A stretch of DNA of 64,000 nucleotides, taken from assembly GCF_009914755.1 (NCBI RefSeq), contig NC_060948.1; one strand, 5' to 3'. The stretch's first letter is position 1; each line of letters begins with the position of its first letter. Shown here in pieces: positions 51,501 through 64,000 of the stretch. Made by a program: the position numbers and the translations under genes. The notes under the pieces were generated by a model. That model ran no database searches, had not been told where the DNA came from, and saw only the letters and a list, made by a program, of their open reading frames with translations. The DNA comes from the human T2T-CHM13v2.0 reference genome, Homo sapiens.

Positions 51501-54500
51501 AATGAAATGGAATGGAATGCAATGGAATTGAAAGGAACGGAATCAAATGGAATGGAATGGAATGGAATGGATTCGAATAGAATGGATTCAAATAAAATAG
51601 AATCGATTGCAATGGTATTGAACGGAAGGGACTTGAATGGAATGGAAAGCAATGGAAGATATTGGAATCGAATGGCATCGAATGAAATGGAATGGAACGG
51701 AATGGAACGGACCCGAATGGTATGGAATGGACTCAAATGTAATGGACTCGAAAGGAATCGACTGAAATATAATAGACTCGAAAGGAATGGCCTCGAGCGG
51801 AATTTATTTGAATAGAATTGAATCAAATGGAATACAATAGTATGGAATGGAATCGAATGGAATGGAATCGAATGGAATGTAATCAAATGGAATGGAACGG
51901 AATTCAATATAATGGAGTAGAATGGAATGCATTGGAAAGGAGCAGAGTGGAATCGAGTGGATTGGAATCGAGTGGAATGGAATCAAAGGGAACGAAATCG
52001 AATTGAATGGACTTGAATGGAATTGAGTCGAAAGGAAATGACTCGAAAGGAATGGACTGGAACAAAAAGGAATCAAATGGACAGGAATGGAATGGAATGG
52101 ACTCGAATGGAATGGAGTCAAATGCAAACGCATCGAATGGAATGGATTCAAATGGAATGCAATTGAATGGAATAGAAAGGAAGAGAATGGAATTGAGAGT
52201 AATGGAAAGATATCGATTGGAATGAAATGGAATGGAAAGGAATTGAATGGAAAGGAATGGACTCGAAAGAAATGGATTGGAATGCAATGGTCTCCAATGG
52301 AATGGACTGGAGTGGAATGGAATCGAATGGAATGAAAAGAATGGAACGGAATGGAACGGAAAGGAATAGAATGTTATGGAATCCGATTGGACAGAATGGA
52401 ATGGAATGCAGTTTCATGAAATGGAGTCGAATAGAGTGGCATCAAAAGGAATGGAATGGAGTGGACTCAAAAGGAATGGACTCGAAAGGAATGGAGTCGA
52501 ACCAAATTGAATCAAATGGATTGGAATCGAACAGAATGGAATGGAATGGAATGAACTCGACTGGAGTAGAGAGGAATGAAAAGGAATAGAATGGAATGTA
52601 ATCAAATGGATTGCAAATGAATGGAATCAAAAATAATAGAAAGGAATGGAGTGTAAAGGGATGATATTGAATTAAATGGAATGGAATGGAATTTAATTTA
52701 ATGGAGTAGAAGGAATGGACAGGAATGTAATGGACTCCTATGGAATAGAATGGATCAAAATGGATTTGAACAGATTGGAATCGAACGGAATGGAATGCAA
52801 TGAAATGGAATGGACTCGATCAGAACGGACTGGAGAGTAATGTACACAATTGGAATGGAAACGAAAGGAATGCAATGAAAAGGAATGGAATGCAATGGAA
52901 TTGAAAGGAACGGAATCAAATGGAATGGAATGGAATGGAATGGATTGGAATAGAATGGATTCAAATAAAATAGAATCGATTGCAATGGTATTGAATGGAA
53001 GGGACTTGAATGGAATGGAAAGCAATGGAAGATATTGGAATCGAATGGCATAGAATGAAATGGAATGGAACGGAATGGAACGGACCAGAATGGTATGGAA
53101 TGGACTCAAATGTAATGGACTCGAATGGAATCGACTGAAATATAATAGACTCGAAAGGAATGGCCTCGAGCGGAATTTATTTGAATAGAATGGAATCAAA
53201 TGGAATACAATAGTATCGAATGGAATCGAATGGAATGGAATCGAATGGAATGCAATCAAATGGAATGGAACGGAATTCAATATACTGGAGTAGAATGGAA
53301 TGCATTGGAAAGGAGCAGAGTGGAATCGAGTGGATTGGAATCGAGTGGAATGGAATCAAAGGGAACGAAATCGAATTGAATGGACTTGAATGCAATTGAG
53401 TCGAAAGGAATTGACTCGAAAGGAATGGACTGGAACAAAAAGGAATCAAATGGACAGGAATGGAATGGAATGGACTCGAATGGAATGGAGTCAAATGCAA
53501 ACGCATCGAATGGAATGGATTCAAATGGAATGCAATTGAATGGAATAGAAAGGAAGAGAATGGAATTGAGAGTACTGGAAAGATATCGATTGGAATGAAA
53601 TGGAATGGAAAGGAATTGAATGGAAAGGAATGGACTCGAAAGAAATGGATTGGAATGGAATGGTCTCCAATGGAATGGACTGGAGTGGAATGGAATCGAA
53701 TGGAAAGAAAAGAATGGAACGGAATGGAACGGAAAGGAATAGAATGTTATGGAATCCGACTGGACAGAATGTAATGGAATGCAGTTTCATGAAATGGAGT
53801 CGAATAGAGTGGCATGAAAAGGAATGGAATGGAGTGGACTCAAAAGGAATGGACTCGAAAGGAATGGAGTCGAACCAAATTGAATCAAATGGATTGGAGT
53901 CGAACAGAATGGAATGGAATGGAATGAACTCGACTGGAGTAGAGAGGAATGAAAAGGAATAGAATGGAATGTAATCAAATGGATTGCAAGTGAATGGAAT
54001 CAAAAATAATAGAAAGGAATGGAGTGTAAAGGGATGATATTGAATTAAATGGAATGGAATGGAATTTAATGGAATGGAGTCGAAGGAATGGACAGGAATG
54101 TAATGGACTCCTATGGAATGGAATGGATCAAAATGGATTTGAACAGATTGGAATCGAACGGAACGGAATGCAATGAAATGGAATGGACTCGATCAGAACG
54201 GACTGGAGAGGAATGTACACAAATGGAATGGAAACGAAAGGAATGGAATGAAATGGAGTGGAATGCAATGGAATTGAAAGGAACGGAAACAAATGGAATG
54301 GAATGGAATGGAATGGATTGGAATAGAATGGATTCAAATAAAATAGAATCGATTGCAATGGTATTGAATGGAAGGGACTTGAATGGAATGGAAAGCAATG
54401 GAAGATATTGGAATCGAATGGCACCGAATGAAATGGAATGGAACGGAATGGAACGGACCCGAATGGAATGGAATGGACTCAAATGTAATGGACTCGAATG

Positions 54501-57040
54501 CAATCGACTGAAATATAATAGACTCGAAAGGAATGGCCTCGAGCGGAATTTATTTGAATAGAATGGAATCAAATGGAATACAATATTATAGAATGGAATC
54601 GAATGGAATGGAATCGAATGGAATGTAATCAAATGGAATGGAACGGAATTCAATATAATGGAGTAGAATGGAATGCATTGGAAAGGAGCAGAGTGGAATC
54701 GAGTGGATTGGAATCGAGTGGAATGGAATCAAAGGGAACGAAATCGAATTGAATGGACTTGAATGGAATTGAGTCGAAAGGAATTGACTCGAAAGGAATG
54801 GACTGGAACAAAAAGGAATCAAATGGACAGGAATGGAATGGAATGGACTCGAATGGAATGGAGTCAAATGCAAACGCATCGAATGGAATGGATTCAAATG
54901 GAATGCAATTGAATGGAATAGAAAGGAAGAGAATGGAATTGAGAGTAATGGAAAGATATCGATTGGAATGAAATGGAATGGAAAGGAATTGAATGGAAAG
55001 GAATGGACTCGAAAGAAATGGATTGGAATGGAATGGTCTCCAATGGAATGGACTGGAGTGGAATGCAATCGAATGGAAAGAAAAGAATGAAACGGAATGG
55101 AACGGAAAGGAATAGAATGTTATGGAATCCGATTGGACAGAATGGAATGGAATGCAGTTTTATGAAATGGAGTCGAATATAGTGGCATCAAAAGGAATGG
55201 AATGGAGTGGACTCAAAAGGAATGGACTCGAAAGGAATGGAGTCGAACCAAATTGAATCAAATGGATTGGAGTCGAACAGAATGGAATGGAATGGAATGA
55301 ACTCGAGTGGAGTAGAGAGGAATGAAAAGGAATAGAATGGAATGTAATCAAATGGATTGCAAGTGAATGGAATCAAAAATAATAGAAAGGAATGGAGTGT
55401 AAAGGGATGATATTGAATTAAATGGAATGGAATGGAATTTAATGGAATGGAGTCGAAGGAATGGACAGGAATGTAATGGACTCCAATGGAATGGAATGGA
55501 TCAAAATGGATTTGAACAGATTGGAATCGAACGGAATGGAATGCAATGAAATGGAATGGACTCGATCAGAACGGACTGGAGAGGAATGTACACAAATGGA
55601 ATGGAAACGAAAGGAATGGAATGAAATGGAATGGAATGCAATGGAATTGAAAGGAACGGAATCAAATGGAATGGAATGGAATGGAATGGATTGGAATAGA
55701 ATGGATTCAAATAAAATAGAATCGATTGCAATGGTATTGAATGGAAGGGACTTGAATGGAATGGAAAGCAATGGAAGATATTGGAATCGAATGGCATCGA
55801 ATGAAATGGAATGGAACGGAATGGAACGGACCCGAATGGAATGGAATGGACTCAAATGTAATGGACTCGAATGGAATCGACTGAAATATAATAGACTCGA
55901 AAGGAATGGCCTCGAGAGGAATTTATTTGAATAGAATGGAATCAAATGGAATACAATAGTATGGAATGGAATCGAATGGAATGGAATCGAATGGAATGTA
56001 ATCAAATGGAATGGAACGGAATTCAATATAATGGAGTAGAATGGAATGCATTGGAAAGGAGCAGAGTGGAATCGAGTGGATTGGAATCGAGTGGAATGGA
56101 ATCAAAGGGAACGAAATCGAATTGAATGGACTTGAATGGAATTGAGTCGAAAGGAATTGACTCAAAAGGAATGGACTGGAACAAAAAGGAATCAAATGGA
56201 CAGGAATGGAATGGAATGGACTCGAATGGAATGGAGTCAAATGCAAAGGCATCGAATGGAATGGATTCAAATGGAATGCAATTGAATGGAATAGAAAGGA
56301 AGAGAATGGAATTGAGAGTAATGGAAAGATATCGATTGGAATGGAATGGAATGGAAAGGAATTGAATGGAAAGGAATGGACTCGAAAGAAATGGATTGGA
56401 ATGGAATGGTCTCCAATGGAATGGACTGGAGTGGAATGGAATCGAATGGAAAGAAAAGAATGGAACGGAATGGAACGGAAAGGAATAGAATGTTATGGAA
56501 TCCGATTGGACAGAATGGAATGGAATGCAGTTTCATGAAATGGAGTCGAACAGAGTGACATCAAAAGGAATGGAATGGAGTGGACTCAAAAGGAATGGAC
56601 TCGAAAGGAATGGAGTCGAACCAAATTGAATCAAATGGATTGGAGTCGAACAGAATGGAATGGAATGGAATGAACTCGACTGGAGTAGAGAGGAATGAAA
56701 AGGAATAGAATGGAATGTAATCAAATGGATTGCAAGAGAATGGAATCAAAAATAATAGAAAGGAATGGAGAGTAAAGGGATGATATTGAATTAAATGGAA
56801 TGGAATGGAATTTAATGGAATGGAGTCGAAGGAATGGACAGGAATGTAATGGATTCCAATGGAATGGAATGGATCAAAATGGATTTGAACAGATTGGAAT
56901 CGAACGGAATGGAATGCAATGAAATGGAATGGACTCGATCAGAACGGACTGGAGAGGAATGTACACAAATGGAATGGAAACGAATGGAATGCAATGAAAT
57001 GGAATGGAATGCAATGGAATTGAAAGTAACGGAATCAAAT

Positions 57041-57085
57041 GGAATAGAATGGAATGGAATGGAATGGAATGGAATGGAATGGAAT
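57041..57085 (+). repeat. Expanded pentamer run (9 pentamers instead of 4), giving a 1398-bp unit
   Basis: ggaat agaat (ggaat)7 lies between caaat and ggatt. The anchor interval 56724 to 58122 is 1398. Confidence 0.93.
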
Positions 57086-60000
57086 GGATTGGAATAGAAT
57101 GGATTCAAATAAAATAGAATCGATTGCAATGGTATTGAATGGAAGGGACTTGAATGGAATGGAAAGCAATGGAAGATATTGGAATCGAATGGCACCGAAT
57201 GAAATGGAATGGAACGGAATGGAACGGACCCGAATGGAATGGAATGGACTCAAATGTAATGGACTCGAATGCAATCGACTGAAATATAATAGACTCGAAA
57301 GGAATGGCCTCGAGCGGAATTTATTTGAATAGAATGGAATGAAATGGAATACAATAGTATGGAATGGAATCGAATGGAATGGAATCGAATGGAATGTAAT
57401 CAAATGGAATGGAACGGAATTCAATATAATGGAGTAGAATGGAATGCATTGGAAAGGAGCAGAGTGGAATCCAGTGTATTGGAATCGAGTGGAATGGAAT
57501 CAAAGGGAACAAAATCGAATTGAATGGACTTGAATGGAATTGAGTCGAAAGGAATTGACTCGAAAGGAATGGACTGGAACAAAAAGGAATCAAATGGACA
57601 GGAATGGAATGGAATGGACTCGAATGGAATGGAGTCAAATGCAAACGCATCGAATGGAATGGATTCAAATGGAATGCAATTGAATGGAATAGAAAGGAAG
57701 AGAATGGAATTGAGAGTAATGGAAAGATATCGATTGGAATGAAATGGAATGGAAAGGAATTGAATGGAAAGGAACGGACTCGAAAGAAATGGGTTGGAAT
57801 GGAATGGTCTCCAATGGAATGGACTGGAGTGGAATGGAATCGAATGGAATGAAAAGAATGGAACGGAATGGAACGGAAAATAATAGAATGTTATGGAATC
57901 CGATTGGACAGAATGGAATGGAATGCAGTTTCATGAAATGGAGTCGAACAGAGTGACATCAAAAGGAATGGAATGGAGTGGACTCAAAAGGAATGGACTC
58001 GAAAGGAATGGAGTCGAACCAAATTGAATCAAATGGATTGGATTCGAACAGAATGGAATGGAATGGAATGAACTCGACTGGAGTAGAGAGGAATGAAAAG
58101 GAATAGAATGGAATGTAATCAAATGGATTGCAAGTGAATGGAATCAAAAATAATAGAAAGGAATGGAGTGTAAAAGGATGATGTTGAATTAAACGGAATG
58201 GAATGGAATTTAATGGAATGGAGTCGAAGGAATGGACAGGAATGTAATGGACTCCAATGGAATGGAATGGATCAAAATGGATTTGAACAGATTGGAATCG
58301 AACGGAATGGAATGCAATGAAATGGAATGGACTCGAACAGAACGGACTTGAAAGGAATATACACAAATGGAAAGGAAACGAATGGAATGGAATGAAATGG
58401 AATGGAATGCAATGGAATTGAAAGGAACGGAATCAAATGGAATGGAATGGAATGGAATGGAATGGATTGGAATAGAATGGATACAAATATAATAGAATCG
58501 ATTGCAATGGTATTGAATGGAAGGGACTTGAATGGAATGGAAAGCAATGGAAGATATTGGAATCGAATGGCATCGAATGAAATGGAATGGAACGGAATGG
58601 AACTGACCCGAATGGAATGGAATGGACTCAAATGTAATGGACTCGAATGGAATCGACTGAAATATAATAGACTCGAAAGGAATGGCCTCGAGAGGAATTT
58701 ATTTGAATAGAATGGAATCAAATGGAATACAATAGTATAGAATGGAATCGAATGGAATGGAATCGAATGGAATGTAATCAAATGGAATGGAACGGAATTC
58801 AATATAATGGAGTAGAATGGAATGCATTGGAAAGGAGCAGAGTGGAATCGAGTGGATTGGAATCGAGTGGAATGGAATCAAAGGGAACGAAATCGAATTG
58901 AATGGACTTGAATGGAATTGAGTCGAAATGAATTGACTCGAAAGGAATGGACTGGAACAAAAAGGAATCAAATGGACAGGAATGGAATGGAATGGACTCG
59001 AATGGAATGGAGTCAAATTCAAACGCATCGAATGGAATGGATTCAAATGGAATGCAATTGAATGGAATAGAAAGGAAGAGAATGGAATTGTGAGTAATGG
59101 AAAGATATCGATTGGAATGAAATGGAATGGAAAGGAATTGAATGGAAAGGAATGGACTCGAAAGAAATGGATTGGAATGGAATGGTCTCCAATGGAATGG
59201 ACTTGAGTGGAATGGAATCGAATGGAAAGAAAAGAATGGAACGGAATGGAACGGAAAGGAATAGAATGTTATGGAATCCGATTGGACATAATGGAATGGA
59301 ATGCAGTTTCATGAAATGGAGTCGAATAGAGTGGCATCAAAAGGAATGGAATGGAGTGGACTCAAAAGGAATGGACTCGAAAGGAATGGAGTCGAACCAA
59401 ATTGAATCAAATGGATTGGAGTCGAACAGAATGGAATGGAATGGAATGAACTCGACTGGAGTGGAGAGGAATGAAAAGGAATAGAATGGAATGTAATCAA
59501 ATGGATTGCAAGTGAATGGAATCAAAAATAATAGAAAGGAATGGAGTGTAAAGGGATGATATTGAATTAAATGGAATGGAATGGAATTTAATGGAATGGA
59601 GTCGAAGGAATGGACAGGAATGTAATGGACTCCAATGGAATGGAATGGATCAAAATGGATTTGAACAGATTGGAATCGAACGGAATGGAATGCAATGAAA
59701 TGGAATGGACTCGATCAGAACGGACTGGAGAGGAATGTACACAAATGGAATGGAATCGAAAGGAATGGAATGAAATGGAATAGAATGCAATGGAATTGAA
59801 AGGAACGGAATCAAATAGAATGGAATGGAATGGAATGGAATGGATTGGAATAGAATGGATTCAAATATAATAGAATCGATTGCAATGGTATTGAATGGAA
59901 GGGACTTGAATGGAATGGAAAGCAATGGAAGATATTGGAATCGAATGGCATCGAATGAAATGGAATGGAACGGAATGGAACGGACTGTAATGGAATGGAA

Positions 60001-63000
60001 TGGACTCAAATGTAATGGACTCGAATGGAATCGACTGAAATATAATAGACTCGAAAGGAATGGCCTCGAGCGGAATTTATTTGAATAGAATGGAATCAAA
60101 TGGAATACAATCGTATGGAATGGAATCGAATGGAATGGAATCGAATGGAATGTAATCAAATGGAATGGAACGGAATTCAATATAATGGAGTAGAATGGAA
60201 TGCATTGGAAAGGAGCAGAGTGGAATCGAGTGGATTGGAATCGAGTGGAATGGAATCAAAGGGAACGAAATCGAATTGAATGGACTTGAATGGAATTGAG
60301 TTGAAAGGAATTGACTCGAAAGGAATGGACTGGAACAAAAAGGAATCAAATGGACAGGAATGGAATGGAATGGACTCGAATGGAATGGAGTCAAATGCAA
60401 ACGCATCGAATGGAATGGATTCAAATGGAATGCAATTGAATGGAATAGAAAGGAAGAGAATGGAATTGAGAGTAATGGAAAGATATCGATTGGAATGAAA
60501 TGGAATGGAAAGGAATTGAATGGAAAGGAATGGACTCGAAAGAAATGGATTGGAATGGAATGGTCTCCAAAGGAATGGACTGGAGTGGAATGGAATCGAA
60601 TGGAAAGAAAAGAATGGAACGGAATGGAACGGAAAGGAATAGAATGTTATGGAATCCGATTGGACAGAATGGAATGGAATGCAGTTTCATGAAATGGAGT
60701 CGAATAGAGCGTCATCAAAAGGAATGGAATGGAGTGGACTCAAAAGGAATGGACTCGAAAGGAATGGATTCGAACCAAATTGAATCAAATTGATTGGACT
60801 CGAACAGAATGGAATGGAATGGAATGAACTCGACTGGAGTAGAGAGGAATGAAAAGGAATAGAATGGAATGTAATCAAATGGATTGCAAGTGAATGGAAT
60901 CAAAAATAATAGAAAGGAATGGAGTGTAAAGGGATGATATTGAATTAAATGGAATGGAATGGGATTTAATGGAATGGAGTAGAAGGAATGGACAGGAATG
61001 TAATGGACTCCAATGGAATGGAATGGATCAAAATGGATTTGAACAGATTGGAATCGAACGGAATGGAATGCAATGAAATAGAATGGACTCGATCAGACCG
61101 GACTGGAGAGGAATGTACACAAATGGAATGGAAACGAAAGGAATGGAATGAAATGGAATGGAATGCAATGGAATTGAAAGGAACGGAATCAAATGGAATG
61201 GAATGGAATGGAATAGATTGGAATAGAATTGATTCAAATAAAATAGAATCGATTGCAATGGTATTGAATGGAAGGGACTTGAATGGAATGGAAAGCAATG
61301 GAAGATATTGGAATCGAATGGCATCGAATGAAACGGAATGGAACGGAATGGAACGGACCCGAATGGAATGGAATGGACTCAAATGTAATGGATTCGAATG
61401 GAATCGACTGAAATATAATAGACTCGAAAGGAATGGCCTCGAGCGGAATTTATTTGAATAGAATAGAATCAAATGGAATACAATAGTATGGAATGGAATC
61501 GAATGGAATGGAATCGAATGGAATGTAATCAAATGGAATGGAACGGAATTCAATATAATGGAGTAGAATGGAATGCATTGGAAAGGAGCAGAGTGGAATC
61601 GAGTGGATTGGAATCGAGTGGAATGGAATCAAAGGGAACGAAATCGAATTGAATGGACTTGAATGGAATTGAGTCGAAAGGAATTGACTCGAAAGGAATG
61701 GACTGGAATAAAAAGGAATCAAATGGACAGGAATGGAATGGAATGGACTCGAATGGAATGGAGTCAAATGCAAACGCATCGAATGGAATGGATTCAAATG
61801 GAATGCAATTGAATGGAATAGAAAGGAAGAGAATGGAATTGAGAGTAATGGAAAGATATCGATTGGAATGAAATGGAATGGAAAGGAATTGAATGGAAAG
61901 GAATGGACTCGAAAGAAATGGATTGGAATGGAATGGTCTCCAATGGAATGGACTGGAGTGGAATGGAATCGAATGGAAAGAAAAGAATGGAACGGAATGG
62001 AACGGAAAGGAATAGAATGTTATGGAATCCGATTGGACAGAATGGAATGGAATGCAGTTTCATGAAATGGAGTCGAATAGAGTGGCATCAAAAGGAATGG
62101 AATGGAGTGGACTCAAAAGGAATGGACTCGAAAGGAATGGAGTCGAACCAAATTGAATCAAATGGATTGGAGTCGAACAGAATGGAATGGAATGGAATGA
62201 ACTCGACTGGAGTAGAGAGGAATGAAAAGGAATAGAATGGAATGTAATCAAATGGATTGCAAGTGAATGGAATCAAAAATAATAGAAAGGAATGGAGTGT
62301 AAAGGGATGATATTGAATTAAATGGAATGGAATGGAATTTAATGGAATGGAGTCGAAGGAATGGACAGGAATGTAATGGACTCCAATGGAATGGAATGGA
62401 TCAAAATGGATTTGAACAGATTGGAATGGAACGGAATGGAATGCAATGAAATGGAATGGACTCGATCAGAACGGACTGGAGAGGAATGTACACAAATGGA
62501 ATGGAAACGAATGGAATGGAATGAAATGGAATGGAATGCAATGGAATTGAAAGGAACGGAATTAAATGGAATGGAATGGAATGGAATGGATTGGAATAGA
62601 ATGGATTCAAATAAAATAAAATCGATTGCAATGGTATTGAATGGAAGGGACTTGAATGGAATGGAAAGCAATGGAAGATATTGGAATCGAATGGCATCGA
62701 ATGAAATGGAATGGAACGGAATGGAACGGACCCGAATGGAATGGAATGGAGTCAAATGTAATGGACTCGAATGGAATCGACTGAAATATAATAGACTCGA
62801 AAGGAATGGCCTCGAGCGGAATTTATTTGAATAGAATGGAATCAAATGGAATACAATAGTATGGAATGGAATCGAATGGAATGGAATCGAATGGAATGTA
62901 ATCAAATGGAATGGAACGGAATTCAATATAATGGAATAGAATGGAATGCATTGGAAAGGAGCAGAGTGGAATCGAGTGTATTGGAATCGAGTGGAATGGA

Positions 63001-64000
63001 ATCAAAGGGAACGAAATCGAATTGAATGGACTTGAATGGAATTGAGTCGAAAGGAATTGACTCGAAAGGAATGGACTGGAACAAAAAGGAATCAAATGGA
63101 CAGGAATGGAATGGAATGGACTCGAATGGAATGGAGTCAAATGCAAACGCATCGAATGGAATGGATTCAAATGGAATGCAATTGAATGGAATAGAAAGGA
63201 AGAGAATGGAATTGAGAGTAATGGAAAGATATCGATTGGAATGAAATGGAATGGAAAGGAATTGAATGGAAAGGAATGGACTCGAAAGAAATGGATTGGA
63301 ATGGAATGGTCTCCAATGGAATGGACTGGAGTGGAATGCAATCGAATGGAAAGAAAAGAATAGAACGGAATGGAACGGAAAGAAATAGAATGTTATGGAA
63401 TCCGATTGGACAGAATGGAATGGAATGCAGTTTCATGAAATGGAGTCGAATAGAGTGGCATCAAAAGGAATGGAATGGAGTGGACTCAAAAGGAATGGAC
63501 TCGAAAGGAATGGAGTCGAACCAAATTGAATCAAATGGATTGGAGTCGAACAGAATGGAATGGAATGGAATGAACTCGACTGGAGTAGAGAGGAATGAAA
63601 AGGAATAGAATGGAATGTAATCAAATCGATTGCAAGTGAATGGAATCAAAAATAATAGAAAGGAATGGAGTGTAAAGGGATGATATTGAATTAAATGGAA
63701 TGGAATGGAATTTAATGGAATGGAGTCGAAGGAATGGACAGGAATGTAATGGACTCCAATGGAATGGAATGGATCAAAATGGATTTGAACAGATTGGAAT
63801 CGAACGGAATGGAATGCAATGAAATGGAATGGACTCGATCAGAACGGACTGGAGAGGAATGTACACAAATGGAATGGAAACGAATGGAATGGAATGAAAT
63901 GGAATGGAGTGCAATGGAATTGAAAGGAACGGAATCACATGGAACGGAATGGAATGGAATGGAATGGATTGGAATAGAATGGATTCAAATAAAATAGAAT

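Larger units (their letters stand above)
1..64000 (+). repeat. Satellite III-type (HSat3-like) (GGAAT)n/(CATTC)n tandem array, purine-rich strand on +
   Basis: Every line parses as GGAAT or a variant of it (CGAAT, GGACT, GGATT, CAAAT, GGAAC, TGAAT, AGAAT). Pure (GGAAT)3-5 runs are present and no CATTC-oriented segment occurs on +. The match to the satellite III family rests on established knowledge of its (CATTC)n consensus. The array runs off both window ends. Confidence 0.97.

Noticed and set aside
151-63997. Hundreds of 60-195 aa ORFs on both strands (MEWNG-rich on +, FHSIP-rich on -)
   Set aside because: These are direct translations of (GGAAT)n/(ATTCC)n, which has no stop codon when pure. 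They overlap in all frames, repeat with the unit, and are freely broken by +5 indels and stops between copies. There are no recognisable domains or gene structure.
1-64000. CRISPR-like or other repeat-spacer system
   Set aside because: There are no unique spacers: every landmark segment is repeated in each unit and stays in pentamer phase. There are no cas-like or other real ORFs.
1-64000. HSat2, alpha satellite, CENP-B boxes or telomeric repeat
   Set aside because: The sequence lacks the phase-breaking ATC/GAT-containing 23/26-bp pattern of HSat2, the 171-bp period, and TTAGGG runs. No CENP-B box was noticed.
1-64000. Embedded transposon, inversion or unique-sequence island
   Set aside because: All 46 anchor intervals are accounted for by 1373 bp plus small indels, which leaves no room for an insertion. 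No strand switch was seen.

Overview
The whole 64-kb window is one uninterrupted, single-orientation array of classical satellite III-type DNA. Degenerate (GGAAT)n lies on the + strand and (CATTC)n on the - strand, as in human/great-ape pericentromeric heterochromatin (HSat3). The pentamers are organised into a 1373-bp tandem unit, about 46.6 copies. From ORF-track anchors, 29 intervals are 1373 bp, 14 are 1378 bp, and there is one each of 1372, 1398 and 1403 bp. I see no genes, RNA genes, transposon insertions, inversions or CRISPR arrays. All listed ORFs are by-products of translating the pentamer. I found no undescribed gene-based system. What the window does show is a readable history of array evolution: nested periodicities (5, 15, 1373, 2746, 4124, 13755 bp), spatially confined variant lineages, mosaic units, a single length-change hotspot and more divergent units towards the 3' end. 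Species, chromosome and HSat3 subfamily cannot be assigned from the sequence alone. All comparisons were made by eye and need alignment to confirm.
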